Source: Podarcis filfolensis
Lineage: Eukaryota
Length of the DNA stretch: 64,000 nt
NCBI GenBank assembly: GCA_964270895.1
Contig: OZ185443.1
Direction: 5' to 3' (one strand)
The position numbers and the translations under genes were made by a program. Shown here in pieces: positions 1-12,375 of this stretch. The notes under the pieces were generated by a model. The model saw nothing but the letters and a program-made list of their open reading frames with translations, was not told the DNA's origin and did no database searches. Position 1 is the first letter of the stretch; every line of letters begins with the position of its first letter.

Positions 1-1109
1 AAAAGACTAATTTGGCAAGCTGGCATTTCGTTTGTTAGCAGCTCAGCAACTGTAGTTCACAGGACAGTTGGGTGGAAGCTAAGCTGTGAGACTTCAAGAA
101 TAGAGTTTGATGGTTTTCAACAATGGCTTTCAAATCGTGCACCAGAGTTGGAGGAAACTAAACACATGAGTTGGACAAGGCCGACTTTCAAGAGTTGGAA
201 GTGCAGAAAACAAGTCAACAATTTCCATTTATTCCATGAGGAAATTTCTAACGTGTTCCCGATCACAGAATTTTGGCCCCACAATGATGAAGAAATACAT
301 GCAAACTGCCAATGATAGCCAGCCTGGATCATGAAACAAGACTCTTTGGTGTCTGCATGAGCTCACAAAATCAGAGTTTTGCATGACAGTTTGCATGAGG
401 ACAACGCAACATTTGCTAAGGATCATCCCTCATGGCTGCATTTTCATTTAAACTGGACAACTGAAAGAAATAGAGGACAAAACAGGACTGATTCTTTGTG
501 ACACCCTCTCTAATGACTGTAGATGACCACAGCAACAGCTGATTTATGGTGTTCAGCTTAAGACAGACCTCACTCTTAGACAGGACACAGGCAAGAAAAA
601 GGAACCCATTATTTTCACTCTGGCATAATTAAAGGGCAAAAACAGATATTTCATTTTCCCCTCTTTTAAACATGAATAGTCCCCCGCTGTGTTGTGGGGG
701 GGGGAACCTGAAGCTGAAATTTCTATCCCCACACTTGCTATATTCCTATTGTATTCCCCACCCCCTTCCCACTACTGATAAAAGAAGAAGAAATATATAT
801 GCCGGCAAAATTATCTCACTCTAGAGGGGGAGAAATGCTGCTTTTCTAAAAGCTCTCCACTGCCAGTGTACCACACTGATGATATATAAACTACTTCTCC
901 AGTTCAGGGTAAAGAGAGAGATAGAGAGAGAAATGCATTTGTGCCTCTCTTGTGGATAAAGAGAAATTTCTGCACACCCTGATCTCCTGCCTGGAACATC
1001 AGCTGCCTCTCTGCTCCTCTGAAAGTAGGAAAACACAATTAGAGCCTGAGTCAAGATGATCAATTTGTGTTTGACTTTGCTTTCACTATTACAAAAAAAT
1101 AATAATAAG

Positions 1110-1360
1110 TGGGGAAATACACCACTTTCCGTTTCTCAATTTCTTATTTTTTCCAGTCTTAAGTTCTCCACATTTCCACATCAGTTTGCAATTATTAGTT
1201 TAAAGTCATTGTGAAAATTCATCAGCATTTCAGTGTACATTTCTCCAAAGAGACACGTTTTTACATTCAATTTTGTCTAGCACACACATTATTGAGAAAC
1301 ATCTTTCCCTAATGTAATGCACTAATATATGCACTGTTATGCGCATGTTAGCATATGCAT
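1110..1360. repeat. Degenerate AT-rich dispersed repeat (unclassified, MITE-like)
   Basis: Shares motifs (ttctccacatttccaca..., aaattcatcagcattt, tacacatt...) with 4820-5140, 37120-37490 and 46470-46812; boundaries approximate. Confidence 0.45.
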
Positions 1361-1859
1361 TTTTTTTTTATCTATTCAATGCCAAGACTATTCTGACTCT
1401 TTTCCTGAGGCCAGCCTTGAAATAAAATGGGATCTTGTTGAATTTGTATTCCAGTAATTCTCTTGTTGGATTCAGTAGGTATAACATCTTTAATCAAATA
1501 TCGGTGCATGTTTTAGTCTATTCAGATTCGTAGTTCTGTTCACATACAAAATGTGTGAAAAGAACAAAATATTCAACAATATGAAGTAAGGCATGGCAGG
1601 AAGCAAAGGCTGCAAACCTGGACACTGATGAGCTTAAAATCTATTGACTTCCATGAGGTTAAAGAAACCCGGAGGGTAGATGGCAGACCAAATATTTAAT
1701 TCCCTAAAAAAGACCTTCGGGGTTATCTCTTGAATACTTGCAATAAGTTTAAGGGTACAAAAAATCTTGCACTTAATTAATGGTATTAACACTGGAGAAA
1801 ACATTCAGTATAATTTTCTCATAAAAATGGAACCCATAACAAAGCTACCCTCCTGCCCT

Positions 1860-2469
1860 TTTGCAGTGTGGGCCTGCAAGATAGTCGCCTGCTTTCCAGG
1901 GGCTGAGTAGGAATTTTGGGGGGAGACCCTAACTAGCTCTGGGTCTTCTCTTTTTTGCCTGCTCCATACTGTTGTGTGGTGTTTGTTAGAGTGGTGTTCC
2001 TTCCATTTGGCTAATTGGTGTGTGGTCCAGGCAGGTGAGTGGATTTGGGATATAATGGATCACTTACCTAGGCAGTGTTGGGTTGAGGGCATCCCTTAGT
2101 CACTGTTGTCAGGCATGGCCTGCAGGTGCCCTTTGGCCTGACAGACATATCGAGGTGAATGTTAGCCAATGGGACCACCTTGTGCCTGTTGAGCTCTTAC
2201 ACCAAAGGTCCACACAGTGGGGAAGGAGGAATCTTAGGAAACCTTGCTGCGTGAACACAGTGTGCAGCTGTTAACTTGCCCAGGTGATAGGAGTAGAAAT
2301 CATCCCCATCTAAACACCTGCCTGGACTTAAGTTGATTCATTGGTTGAATGTGACTAGTTAGTTTGTTTTGCAGGTCCTCAAGTTGTAATATTTAATAAA
2401 AATAGCCTATTATCCACATTTGGTTGTCTTGACTCTTCTTCCTGGTGCGCTGGCAATCCAGAGCTGTCA
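1860..2469 (+). mobile_element. Degenerate solo LTR-like element
   Basis: Shares ggggc..gtaggaatttt and tttttgcct.ct.cata motifs with 33420-34113; AATAAA near 2395; ends ...gagctgtca; 5' boundary uncertain. Confidence 0.5.
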
Positions 2470-3522
2470 GTTAATTGCAATATAAAAAAATCATGATACT
2501 GACAGGACAGTGAACATTTCTGAAGAGACTATTTGATTGGATTCCACATCTTATCTGTATCACCCATACATATTTGCATCTTTACACGTTATTACCTTTC
2601 ATTAATATAATTATCTGAATTTCATGGAAGTCAGCAGAACATTATGTGGCTATATTATCAGAGCAACACATTTATAAAAATTTAGCTCATGAATAAAACA
2701 TAAAATGAATGTTTTCCTAAGAACATTTTAGCGAGCTAAATTAGATGTGATAAACAGCTGAAAACCAAGCTTTTTTCTTTTTACACTTTTTTGCTTCTCC
2801 ATAATGGACACTGTATCCTCTCCATGGGAAAGTTAAACAGATTATTAATCTTTGGCCTTCTAAGACAAAGAGGAGAGCCCAAAGCTGGGGCACTTCTACA
2901 AGTGATTCCATTTGTCTTGCCTATGTGCCGCAATCTATTGTGTTCATTGAAATGAATGGATTTTTAGTGCTGAAGGGAAGAAATCATTCCCTTAAGTAAC
3001 TTCAGCCAGGGCAGTCCTAGTCACACTTACTTGGAAGTAGGTCCTCTTAAACTCAGAGACAAGGTCTGCTCCAGATTGTGGGGTCCTTGGTCAAATTACC
3101 CTCAGTTAGGGATGGGGAAGAAATTTGAATCAATTTGCAAAAAAGCAAAGCCACCTAACTTGCACTTTCTGAAACAATGCATAGACTGCATTGAACAAAA
3201 AAAATTATCAGTAAAAAACTGTTGAAACCAAGTAATTGAAATCAATAATGAGCCAAAACTAGATTAAAACACATGAAAACTTCTACATGTCTAGATAGGC
3301 TAAGGTCCTACAGTATGTGTAACCCACGCTATCAGAAAGTAGATGGTAACTCCCTTAGCATCTCTCCTCTCTCTGCCTCTCACTGAAGGGGGACCCTGTC
3401 AAGCCAAACTTCCCCTCAACCAGGCTCTCAACCTGGACGAGGGTCATAGGCCTGGCCTACAATTCTATATCCTGATTGATGGTGTGAGGCACCCCTGCCT
3501 CTGTGTCTCCTCAAAGTGTAAG

Positions 3523-3663
3523 CAGGGCTCTTTTTTTCAACCAAAACTCACCAGGTCAGTTCTGAGGTCAGTTCTGGCCCCTCTCAGGTGTGCTCCATTG
3601 CCATTCTAAGAGAATCAGGAGGTACTCACGGTGAGTCCTGGCCCCTCTTTTTCTAGAGCACTG
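3523..3663. mobile_element. hAT-type MITE
   Basis: Termini cagggct...agcactg; perfect 8-bp TSD AGTGTAAG at 3515-3522 and 3664-3671. Confidence 0.8.
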
Positions 3664-4819
3664 AGTGTAAGCTACTTGGGATGCTCATTCCAAGCAGAAA
3701 TGTTTCAAATAAATAGATTTCTTTTCCCCTTGTTTCCTTGATCCAGATATTCCAGATATCAGACTTAGAGATCACACATGTAGCAGCAATTTACATGTGG
3801 AGTTAGGAAGTTGTCTCGAACTGAGTTAGGTCACTGAGCATCTAGGTCAGTAATGTCCATACTGGGTGGCAGTGGCTCTCCGCCCTTTCCTAGTCCAACA
3901 GGGAGATGCTAGTGATTGCACCTAAGACCTTTGGCACCAAGGCATGTGTTCTAGCCACTGAACTTCAGCCCTTCCCAATCAGAGACAAATATGCAGAAGC
4001 CTGCTTCCCTGCCTGCAAAATCCCTAGCCAGATTGAAGCAATCAAGTAATATATATGTGAATATACCTACGTGAGGGCGATCAAGAAAAGTTGGGCATTC
4101 TTGTGGACATTAAACCTCCAATCTTAGCTGTTATTCCTTGCACATGCGAGTGCATTATATTGTCTGCACCACGTTCCACTTTTATGTGTAAAAGACAACA
4201 GTGCATCTTTGAGCTCCTTTGCACTTTACAGCCCTGCGAACATCTGCACCCTTGATCTGGCACCCGCAGGTGCAGGCTTGCCTTCATTTGCTAAAGGAAA
4301 AGGAGCAGTTGGCCCATTAAGAATAATGACACACTGATTAACAGCACAGCATAAGGCTGACAATCCATCATCTGACCTGTTGCGATCTTGCCTCGCAAAG
4401 CACGGCACATGTTCTCACTCGCCGGCAATAGCAGGCATGTTCTGCTTCTCAATTACATCCAACAGGCTTCCTTTCTCATATAGGGCTCCCGGGAGCAAGC
4501 TTTCCTGGGAGCCTGTATTTAGAAGAGTAAATTACCAATCTTGTGACCTAGCCTATCAGTCTCTATTCAGTTGTGAATCCCCATGAGTTCAAAGGGCGTT
4601 GCCTCCATGTAAATATGCACAGGATATCATAGGGACAGGAAGGAAATTAGGATGGTTCTTTAAATGCATTTCCAGGAATGACCTGCAAACCGAATTGCAG
4701 CTTTCCTTTGACGTGTGTCCTTCTCTGGATCTTGCAATGCTGTTCTCCAACCCCAATTAAATCTCTATATGTTTTTATTGTACTTAGATCAAAGTCTTAG
4801 TTTGGACAGAAAAAGGGGA

Positions 4820-5140
4820 AAATATATTTGATATTAGGTTTTGTATTTTTCTCTATAAACCCTAACAAAATTAATTCAAAACAAAAAAACAAAGCGTGTC
4901 TATTTAGGGAAAGTGTGCATAAAAATTAATATATTGGAACATGGCATGCAAAAATACATTATGGTAGGGCAAACTGGTTGAAAACATTTGTATATTAGGT
5001 GAAAATGCCTAGGGAAAAATGTGCATATTAAATGCAGACAAAAGTGCTGATGTGATTAATATTCATAAAGACTTTTTGAAAAGCAAACTGATGCAGAAAT
5101 GGGGTGAACAGAAAACATAAGAATCCAAAATTAGCAGGCT
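4820..5140. repeat. Degenerate AT-rich dispersed repeat (same family as 1110-1360, opposite orientation)
   Basis: Motif similarity by eye; boundaries approximate. Confidence 0.4.
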
Positions 5141-5244
5141 GACAGCCCAACCAATAGGGATGCCAACTACCCACCATATTTCAGCAAAATGCCATCCAAC
5201 TGTTCCAAGCCAGATAGAATTTGAGAGGGTGGCAATAACTGATT

Positions 5245-5514
5245 TTTGTTGTTGTTGTTGTTGTTTAGTCATTTAGTCGTGTCCGACTCTTCATGACCCG
5301 ATGGACCAGAGCACGCCAGGCACTCCTGTCTTCCATTGCCTCCCGCAGTTTAGTCAAACTCATGCTGGTAGCTTTGAGAACACTGTCCAACCATCTCGTC
5401 CTCTGTCGTCCCCTTCTCCTTGTGCTCTCAATCTTTCCCAACATCAGGGTCTTTTCCAGGGAGTCTTCCCTTCTCATGAGGTGGCCAAAGTATTGGAGCC
5501 TCAGCTTCAGGATC
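5245..5514 (-). mobile_element. BovB (RTE) LINE 3' fragment, 5'-truncated
   Basis: Minus ORF LKLRLQYFGHLMRREDSLEKTLMLGKIES.RRRGRQR.RWLD...SRTRLND is the typical BovB ORF C-terminus; (CAA)n tail. Confidence 0.92.
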
Positions 5515-6290
5515 ACCCCTGAGCATGCAAACATGTTTTTTTAATTGCCAACTTTTATGCATATAACCTTGACTTTTTAAAAAATGGCTAACCCTGGACC
5601 CCATACTTTTGCACATACTCTCTCACCCTTGGCTATTCAATGAACACAATTTCTTCCTCTCATTTCATTCTTATATTGTGGTGAGTGACTTCTGTGTTTA
5701 ATCACAGCATAGTTAGATTTCATACACTTCAAATCAGGTGTGAATTTCAGCAAGAGCGTTCTTCTCATGTGTCAGGCACGAGATGATCAGCAAAATGGTG
5801 CCGATGTAAATCTGGGGTAGGTAGCCAGAAGCTGTGCTTAGCCAAGTGTCAAAGTAACTGCAAATTGTAGTGTTGGTGACATTTTCTATTAGACAAGTGA
5901 GACCATAATGATTCCCCTCCACCAAACTTCAGAAGTGAAAACTACAGTAAGAAATGTACAAGTGGCAGGAACGTACAACATGTTCCAAAGGTGACGACGG
6001 GCAACGACAAGTGAGAAAAGAGAAGGTTGAGAATGCAAAAATGGCGAAGAATGAACACTTTTCTAATCTATTGGGTTTTCTAACTTTCCACCTTCAGGAA
6101 ATCCATGTTGATTTGGAAGCTCCGTAGACAATTCATCACTATTCATGTAAGGCCAGGCCTGTTGGGCCTCTGTGTGCCTGACAACACACCAAGGCCTCTC
6201 TGTCAACAGCACACCACATGGAAAATGGAAAGCGGTGTGCAAACTGTGTTTCAGAGAAGTATGTCTGTAATGCTTGGAGGCCAAGGAATA

Positions 6291-6516
6291 CAGTGGTACC
6301 TCAGGTTACATATGCTTCAGGTAACAGACTCCACTAACCCAGAAATCGTGCTTCAGGTTAAGAACTTTGCTTCAGGATGAGAACAGAAATCGTGCTCCGG
6401 CGGTGCGGCAGCAGCAGGAGGCCCCATTAGCTAAAGTGGTGCTTCAGGTTAAGAACAGTTTCAGGTTAAGAACGGACCTCCAGAACGAATTAAGTACTTA
6501 ACCCAAGGTACCACTG
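6291..6516. mobile_element. Tc1/mariner-type MITE
   Basis: TIR CAGTGGTACC...GGTACCACTG, TA on both flanks. Confidence 0.9.
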
Positions 6517-8839
6517 TATAGACAACAGAGTGATACAAAACTCGTTTACGCTACAGAGAGTATGGAAGAGTGACCTCAGAGTTTTGGGGTTAGCAGAGTC
6601 ACACTCAGTACAGTGTTTTCTTCTTCATACTGGAACTCAACTCACAATCCGTTCCTACAAAAATCTGTTCCTAGTTTTTCCCTAACCTCGTTTAGAAACA
6701 GGAGGGGAATGCCATTTTGATTGTTTCAATTTTCAAGCAACTAGAGTCTTCTGCCCACCCCTGTACTACAGAAGCCTCAAGCCTTCCTATGCTCAGCAGC
6801 CACCCCATGTGACCTCAGGGTATGTACACAAGTCACCATTTCTAAAACAGGGTTGGCCACTGTCTCATAGAAGGAATGCCTCTTGATCGGTCTTCCCTAA
6901 TCAGGTTTTCTCCAGATATTTTGGGCTACCAGTCTCATCAGTCTCCGTTATCATGGCTAATAGTTTGTGGGTAGTGGGATTTGCAGGGAATTCTGAAGGG
7001 CAACAGCTTGGAGGAAACTGCTCTAGATTATAAATAACTGCCACCGTGATTTCTGCCATTGCTTATCCTACTATCCTACCATTAAGAAACCCATGATAAG
7101 CAATTATAGGATTCCTTGGACCAAACCACCAACCTTTATCAGTAAGAAAGAATGAGACGGGGGTCCCCTGAATAATTTTGCTTGCATGAAAGAGTCCAAA
7201 CAAAACTAATTAGGTTTTCTGAGTATGAATCTTTTTCTTTTTCTTTGCAAGATTGAGGTCTTATAAGCACATGGTCTGCATTTGTTTGTTTATTTTTTGT
7301 GGTTATTGGGTGTTTTCCCCTCCCCTAACGTCTCAATGATTAATGGCAGGGTCTAAACCATTTCCGTATTTCTTCTTATTAGCCACTGTGAATATAATTA
7401 AAAGTAGAATTAAAAAATACATTCAATCCCATTAAAATAACACCAATGGAAAAGCTTCCAACATTCAAGAAATAACAAGGGGCCTGGTGGTTGGTTGGTT
7501 TGTTTTCAAGCCTAGGAACACACACACACAGAAAGCTATAAGGCCTGATCAGCCGTGGATAAAGGTATGACCGCATATGTGATAAGGGCAGGGGCATGTA
7601 AGCTCACCCTATCCCCACCTCATGCCAATGTGTCCCAAAGGCTTCTCACAGGTTGAGAGCAGGTTTGCAAGAAGCCCAGCCTGCTAAGGCTATTGCCAGG
7701 AACTGAACATGACATGACAGCATGGTTTGGATGAACTTAACCCTCCTCACTCTGCTTTGGTCACTCTCATGTTCATCAATACTTGAATAGGTCTACTGCT
7801 TCTCTCTCATTGCTTCGCACTAAAGGGATTCTGCTGCCTTCGAATATGGAAGGAACTCAGTAGATAAATGATGCCCTCTCCAGTCAAAGGATCCCTGTTG
7901 GGCTGTCTGAATGACTGAAAGAAAGCCGTCACCCATTCTTTTTCCGGCAAGCTTATCTTGCATTTTCCAGAATATCCATAGGGTCATCCTATAGGTTCTC
8001 TGTAGACCTTACTTTGTTGGCTTGTCATATATTGGGGCTTGGGGGATGTGCAAATCCTATGCTATAGCCTGTAATTTTTCCTATCTAATACATGCACTCT
8101 TCTAGTATACATAAAAGCACATTCTTCTAAGCATTTACTGAGAAGCAAATCCTACTGAGCTCAATGGGACTTGCCCTCAGGCAAGTGTAAACAGAACAGC
8201 CTCCCTTAACATAGTGCCCCTGAATGTTTTAGATTACAGCTCCCATCTGCAGAGGTGAAATGAAGACTGTCAAGCATTTCAAACAGGTTCCATAGAAATT
8301 ATTATTATCAGGTGCCAACTCTAGGGGACTGAGGTGTCTTTGGCCTCCTGAATATTTGTTGGAATGGGGCCAAGCCTCCTCAGTGTTGAGGGGGCCTGTC
8401 ATGAATTGCACACACATTGTGTCACATGCATCACATGTCTCAGCATCAGTGGCCAGCTCCTCCCGTATGTTTGGCCTCCTCCAGACACCACAACACACGT
8501 CGTGTGAGTGACATCAAATGCAAGCAATGCACATCAGGCCTCCTCAATTTGGGGGACAACCTGGCGTCTTTGGCCCCGTTAGAATGTGTCCTTGAACTCC
8601 AATCATTCTTCCTGCTTCCCAGGAGAGGGGTGCTTGAGTGGGTGTAGAAACAAGCCTACTGTACCAAGATACAATTAATATTTGCTCTGAGTTTTGCTTC
8701 TGGCCCTGCTGACTGCTGGCATCTGACCTCCAGAGGGTTGCAGCCCTCAAGCTGAGAAAGGTTTCCCACACCCACACTCACCTATGCCCATTTTTCTCAG
8801 ATATTGATACAGCACGATGAACTTGAGTGGCAACTACGA

Positions 8840-9378
8840 TGTGCTGGTCTTGGGGGTTAACCATGAGGCGGGGTCCGAGTCGAGTGAGGTCAGGAGCTCC
8901 GGCAGTGAAGCAGGACACGGTGCAGGCAGGAACTGGCTACCAACAATATTGCTCCCGCAGCTTGGGACTGGGACTGGCTGGCTTTTATCTGCCCCGAGGC
9001 ATAGGGCGGCCCCGGTCCACAGGTGACTCGCCTCTCCTGGCCTGGAGGCGAACACTCCTCCTGAAGGAACTTAGTTCCCTCTGCCTCTCTGCCCTGAGCC
9101 TCTGCAGCTCATGAGAGGCTGGAGGGTTACCGGACCCAAAGGCAACCTCAGCTCCACCTGACGGGGCTGAGAGTGGAGCACCTGCAGGCAATGGGTCCTC
9201 CATCACCTCAGGACCCAGAGCAGACTCAGCTGGTGCCTGCACCTGAGGATCCAGCACAGGTGAGGACCCTTCAGGCTCCAGCCCCAGCCCCGGCTCAGCT
9301 GGTTCTGGAGGCGGGGACACCTGTGCAGGCTGAAATTCCTCAGGTTCAGGCTCCGAGTCTGAATCCCAGGCCATCACA
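8840..9378 (-). mobile_element. Solo LTR (Gypsy-like), 539 bp
   Basis: TGTG...CACA termini; 5-bp TSD TACGA/TACGG (1 mismatch); TATA-like GATAAAA on minus strand. Confidence 0.8.
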
Positions 9379-9553
9379 TACGGTTTGTTTGTTTTTTCCA
9401 CTATAAGAGAATCAGTTGTAACTAGTGCCAGAGTCTGGATCTGTGGTGGAACATTCAGCAGCACTGAAGGCAATGTGGAGGGGTCTCTGGTCATGCAGAG
9501 CTACATAAGCTATGCACACATCACAGATATCAGAGCAGTTCACCTGAATTTGC

Positions 9554-9642
9554 TCACACATGCAAAACACCTGGCAGCAGCAGCAAGAAAACCGTTCCAT
9601 TTCCCAGCTGCTTTCCAAGCCTTAATGCAAAACTGCCTTGCC
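9554..9642 (-). CDS. Candidate terminal coding exon, GPI-signal-like C-terminus (G)QGSFALRLGKQLGNGTVFLLLLPGVLHV*
   Basis: Acceptor tttcttacag|G; phase 1 matches the upstream donor at 10103; ends in a hydrophobic tail and TGA; protein not recognised. Confidence 0.45.
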
Positions 9643-10102
9643 CTGTAAGAAACAGTGTGTTGACATTTACAGTCACGATTCAGCTCTCACAATCTACTCA
9701 AGCCGTATTCAGACATGAGAATTCCTGGCTGATAAATAATACATGGCGCAACGATGTTCTGAGCTCGTTTTTCATGAGAAGGGAGGGAGTCTCTATGCTC
9801 CGGAGTGAACATATACAGTACAATCATGGTTCTTTCCTAAAGGAAAGGCTTGTTTGCTGCGCAGAGCAAAATTTTAAAACATGGAGCAAATCTTTATTCT
9901 CAGTTCCCATAATTCCGGAAGATAATGGAATTACTGGTACTTTATTATAACTATTATTTTATAGGAATGACAGTGGGGATGGAATTGGATTACTCCAGCA
10001 ACTTGCAGATCAACCACCAGGATTCCATTGTGCCCGTCTCAGCCACAGCTGTGGCAGACATTGGCCCAGTCATGTATAATGACTCGGTTGCAGTTTGCTT
10101 AC

Positions 10103-10148
10103 CGGTGTCTGTTGCTATGGCTGTACCATTAAAATAGTGGCCGGACAG
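10103..10148 (-). CDS. Candidate 46-nt coding exon LSGHYFNGTAIATDT(G)
   Basis: Acceptor ggttttctatggtag|, strong donor G|gtaagc; only one open frame (phase 0 to 1). Confidence 0.45.
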
Positions 10149-10755
10149 CTACCATAGAAAACCAAAGTCGAGAAATTAGCATATCCATTCTTGCAATATA
10201 TAATCATGTGTGTGTATATAAAAGAGAGAGAGAAGGAATGTGGAATGACTCAGAATGTAAAATTACAGGATAGTGTGAGCAACTTGGGTTTGTTCAGAAT
10301 TAGAGGCACCAATAAAAAGGGGACAGGAGAGTTTTAGCCAGAAAGGAGCTGGGAATACAATGAATTAGAAATACATTTCTTTTTACATTAAACGCAAGTG
10401 ATTTCATGAATAGAGATTTTTGTTTTTCTTCCCCACCTTTTCTTCCAAGTAGCAGGAAGCACGGCAGATAGTCCCCGCTTTAGAAATTCAACTTGACAGT
10501 CCCACTATAAACAAATCATGGGCGAAACACCCAGAGGCCGAGATGCTGTGCCCTCTTTCATTTGCAGTGTTTTCTTTACTCGGATGGTTAACTAAACACT
10601 GAAAATTTATTACTGGGGTATCTCAAAGGTGTTTGTCTTTGGTCATTGCAACATAGTAGTGGGGAGACATAACAGCGTGGTGTGGCATTGGAGAACCACA
10701 GTGAGATATCCTCTCTTTTTTAAGCCCATCTGATTTCCCTAACCTCCCCCCACAA

Positions 10756-10756
<1 letters not shown>

Positions 10757-10803
<47 letters not shown>

Positions 10804-10938
10804 TGTTGTTTAGTCATTTAGTCGTGTCCGACTCTTCGTGACCCCATGGACCAGAGCACGCCAGGCATTCCTGTCTTCCACTGCCGCCCGCAGTTTGGTC
10901 AGACTCATGTTTGTAGCTTCGAAAACACTGTCTAACCA

Positions 10939-10981
<43 letters not shown>
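10757..10981. repeat. (AAT)n microsatellite split by a BovB fragment
   Basis: AAT runs at ~10757-10802 and ~10939-10981. Confidence 0.95.
10804..10937 (-). mobile_element. BovB 3'-terminal fragment
   Basis: Close match to 5262-5390 (gtttagtcatttagtcgtgtccgactcttc...). Confidence 0.9.
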
Positions 10982-10982
<1 letters not shown>

Positions 10983-11092
10983 AACATTAAAATGGGTGCA
11001 GGGGAAATAAAAGAAGAAAGCCACAGGAATGCCCATGATGCTTTTCTCTTAGCTGCACAGAAGCTATTCAAATTACATAAAAGCTTCATTAC

Positions 11093-11152
11093 AGAAAAGC
11101 TCTCAGGATGGAATTCTGGCTTATCCTCTCCATATTTATAAATGTTTGGAAC
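11093..11152 (-). CDS. Candidate 60-nt coding exon VPNIYKYGEDKPEFHPESFS
   Basis: Acceptor atctatttcag|, donor |gtaatg (moderate); phase 0 to 0, compatible with neighbours. Confidence 0.35.
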
Positions 11153-11673
11153 CTGAAATAGATCTGAGCTGAATACGTGCCGAAGATGACTTATAAAACC
11201 TTTAGCGACTGTAGTGCTGTCCCCCAGTCTATGAATTATGCAAGAATTTTAAAACAACACGGAGAGATGAGGATAATTGTCTAGCCTTGAAAAGGAATTC
11301 TGAAAAGGGAAGCACCAGCCCTGTTCACAAAGCAAAAAAATAAAAATAAAAATCAGTTCAGGAACAGCATTTGGGGAGAGTACTCTCTCTTTTAGTCACA
11401 CATTAATGCACACATACTTCCTCCCCTGCCATCCAGGACTATTTATTTATTTATAGGATTTATACCTCAACCTGTAGCCCAAGGCTCTCCAACAGCAACT
11501 TACAAAAAATCAGCAGCAAGATAGTCCTTGCCCTTAGGATTACAAAAAAAGAAAAGAAAGAAAAGTCATAGCACGCAAGGAAAAAGGGATGGGACGGAAG
11601 AGGGAAGTGGCAAACTCAGACACCAGTTCTGAAAATTCTATATAACACAGTTATATAGTCTATCTATACAGAT

Positions 11674-12030
11674 AAAGGTAAAGGTAAAGGGACCCCTGAC
11701 CACTAGGTCCAGTCGTGGCCGACTCTGGGGTTGCGGCACTCATCTCGCTTTATTGGCCCAGGGAGCCGGCGTACAGCTTCCGGGTCATGTGGCCAGCATG
11801 ACTAAGCCGCTTCTGGCGAACCACAGCAGCGCACGGAAACGCTGTTTACCTTCCAGCCTGAGCGATACCTATTTATCTACTTGCACTTTGACGTGCTTTC
11901 GAACTGCTAGGTGGGCAGGAGCAGGGACCGAGCCATGGGAGCTCACCCCGTCACAGGGATTTGAACCGCCGACCTTCAGATCGGCAAGCCCAAGGCTCTG
12001 TGGTTTAACCCACAGCGCCACCCGCGTCCC
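11674..12030 (-). mobile_element. Sauria SINE (Squam1-type)
   Basis: Head GGGACGCGGGTGGCGCTGTGGGTTAAACC, (ACCTTT)n tail, atacagata on both flanks. Confidence 0.95.
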
Positions 12031-12261
12031 AATACAGATACTATACAACACAATACAGTCCCTATACAGATACTGGCTGTCTAAGAGAGCAGCTCCATTT
12101 CTTGGGAAAATTTCCTGCGACCCCTAAGGTTCAGATATGGGAACACAACCGGTGGCAGGAAAAGGAGGCAGGGTTTCCCCTATCACACAATTCTTTTCTG
12201 AGATAGCTGACTTAATAGCAGATGTCATCCATATAGGAAGGGAGATAATATGATTATTCAC

Positions 12262-12287
12262 CTCTCTTGCCTCATCTGTGTTTCTGG
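12262..12287 (-). CDS. Candidate 26-nt coding exon (A)RNTDEARE
   Basis: Acceptor tcaatattttcag|, donor GAG|gtgaat; phase 1 to 0. Confidence 0.35.
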
Positions 12288-12356
12288 CTGAAAATATTGA
12301 AAGCCTCTGAACTGGCTGGGAATCTTGCTCCCCCCCCCCCACCTCTGCTCCTTCAC

Positions 12357-12375
12357 CTGGAGTGAAATTACATTC
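12357..12375 (-). CDS. Candidate 19-nt micro-exon ECNFTP, or 5' part of a longer exon read through to 12262
   Basis: Acceptor ttcttcccaccag|, donor CAG|gtgaag; the 69-nt gap to the next exon is very short and is in frame. Confidence 0.2.

Noticed and set aside
10103-10148. LSGH match to the CD55 C-terminus
   Set aside because: A four-residue coincidence; no sushi-domain exons were found upstream, so no gene symbol is assigned.
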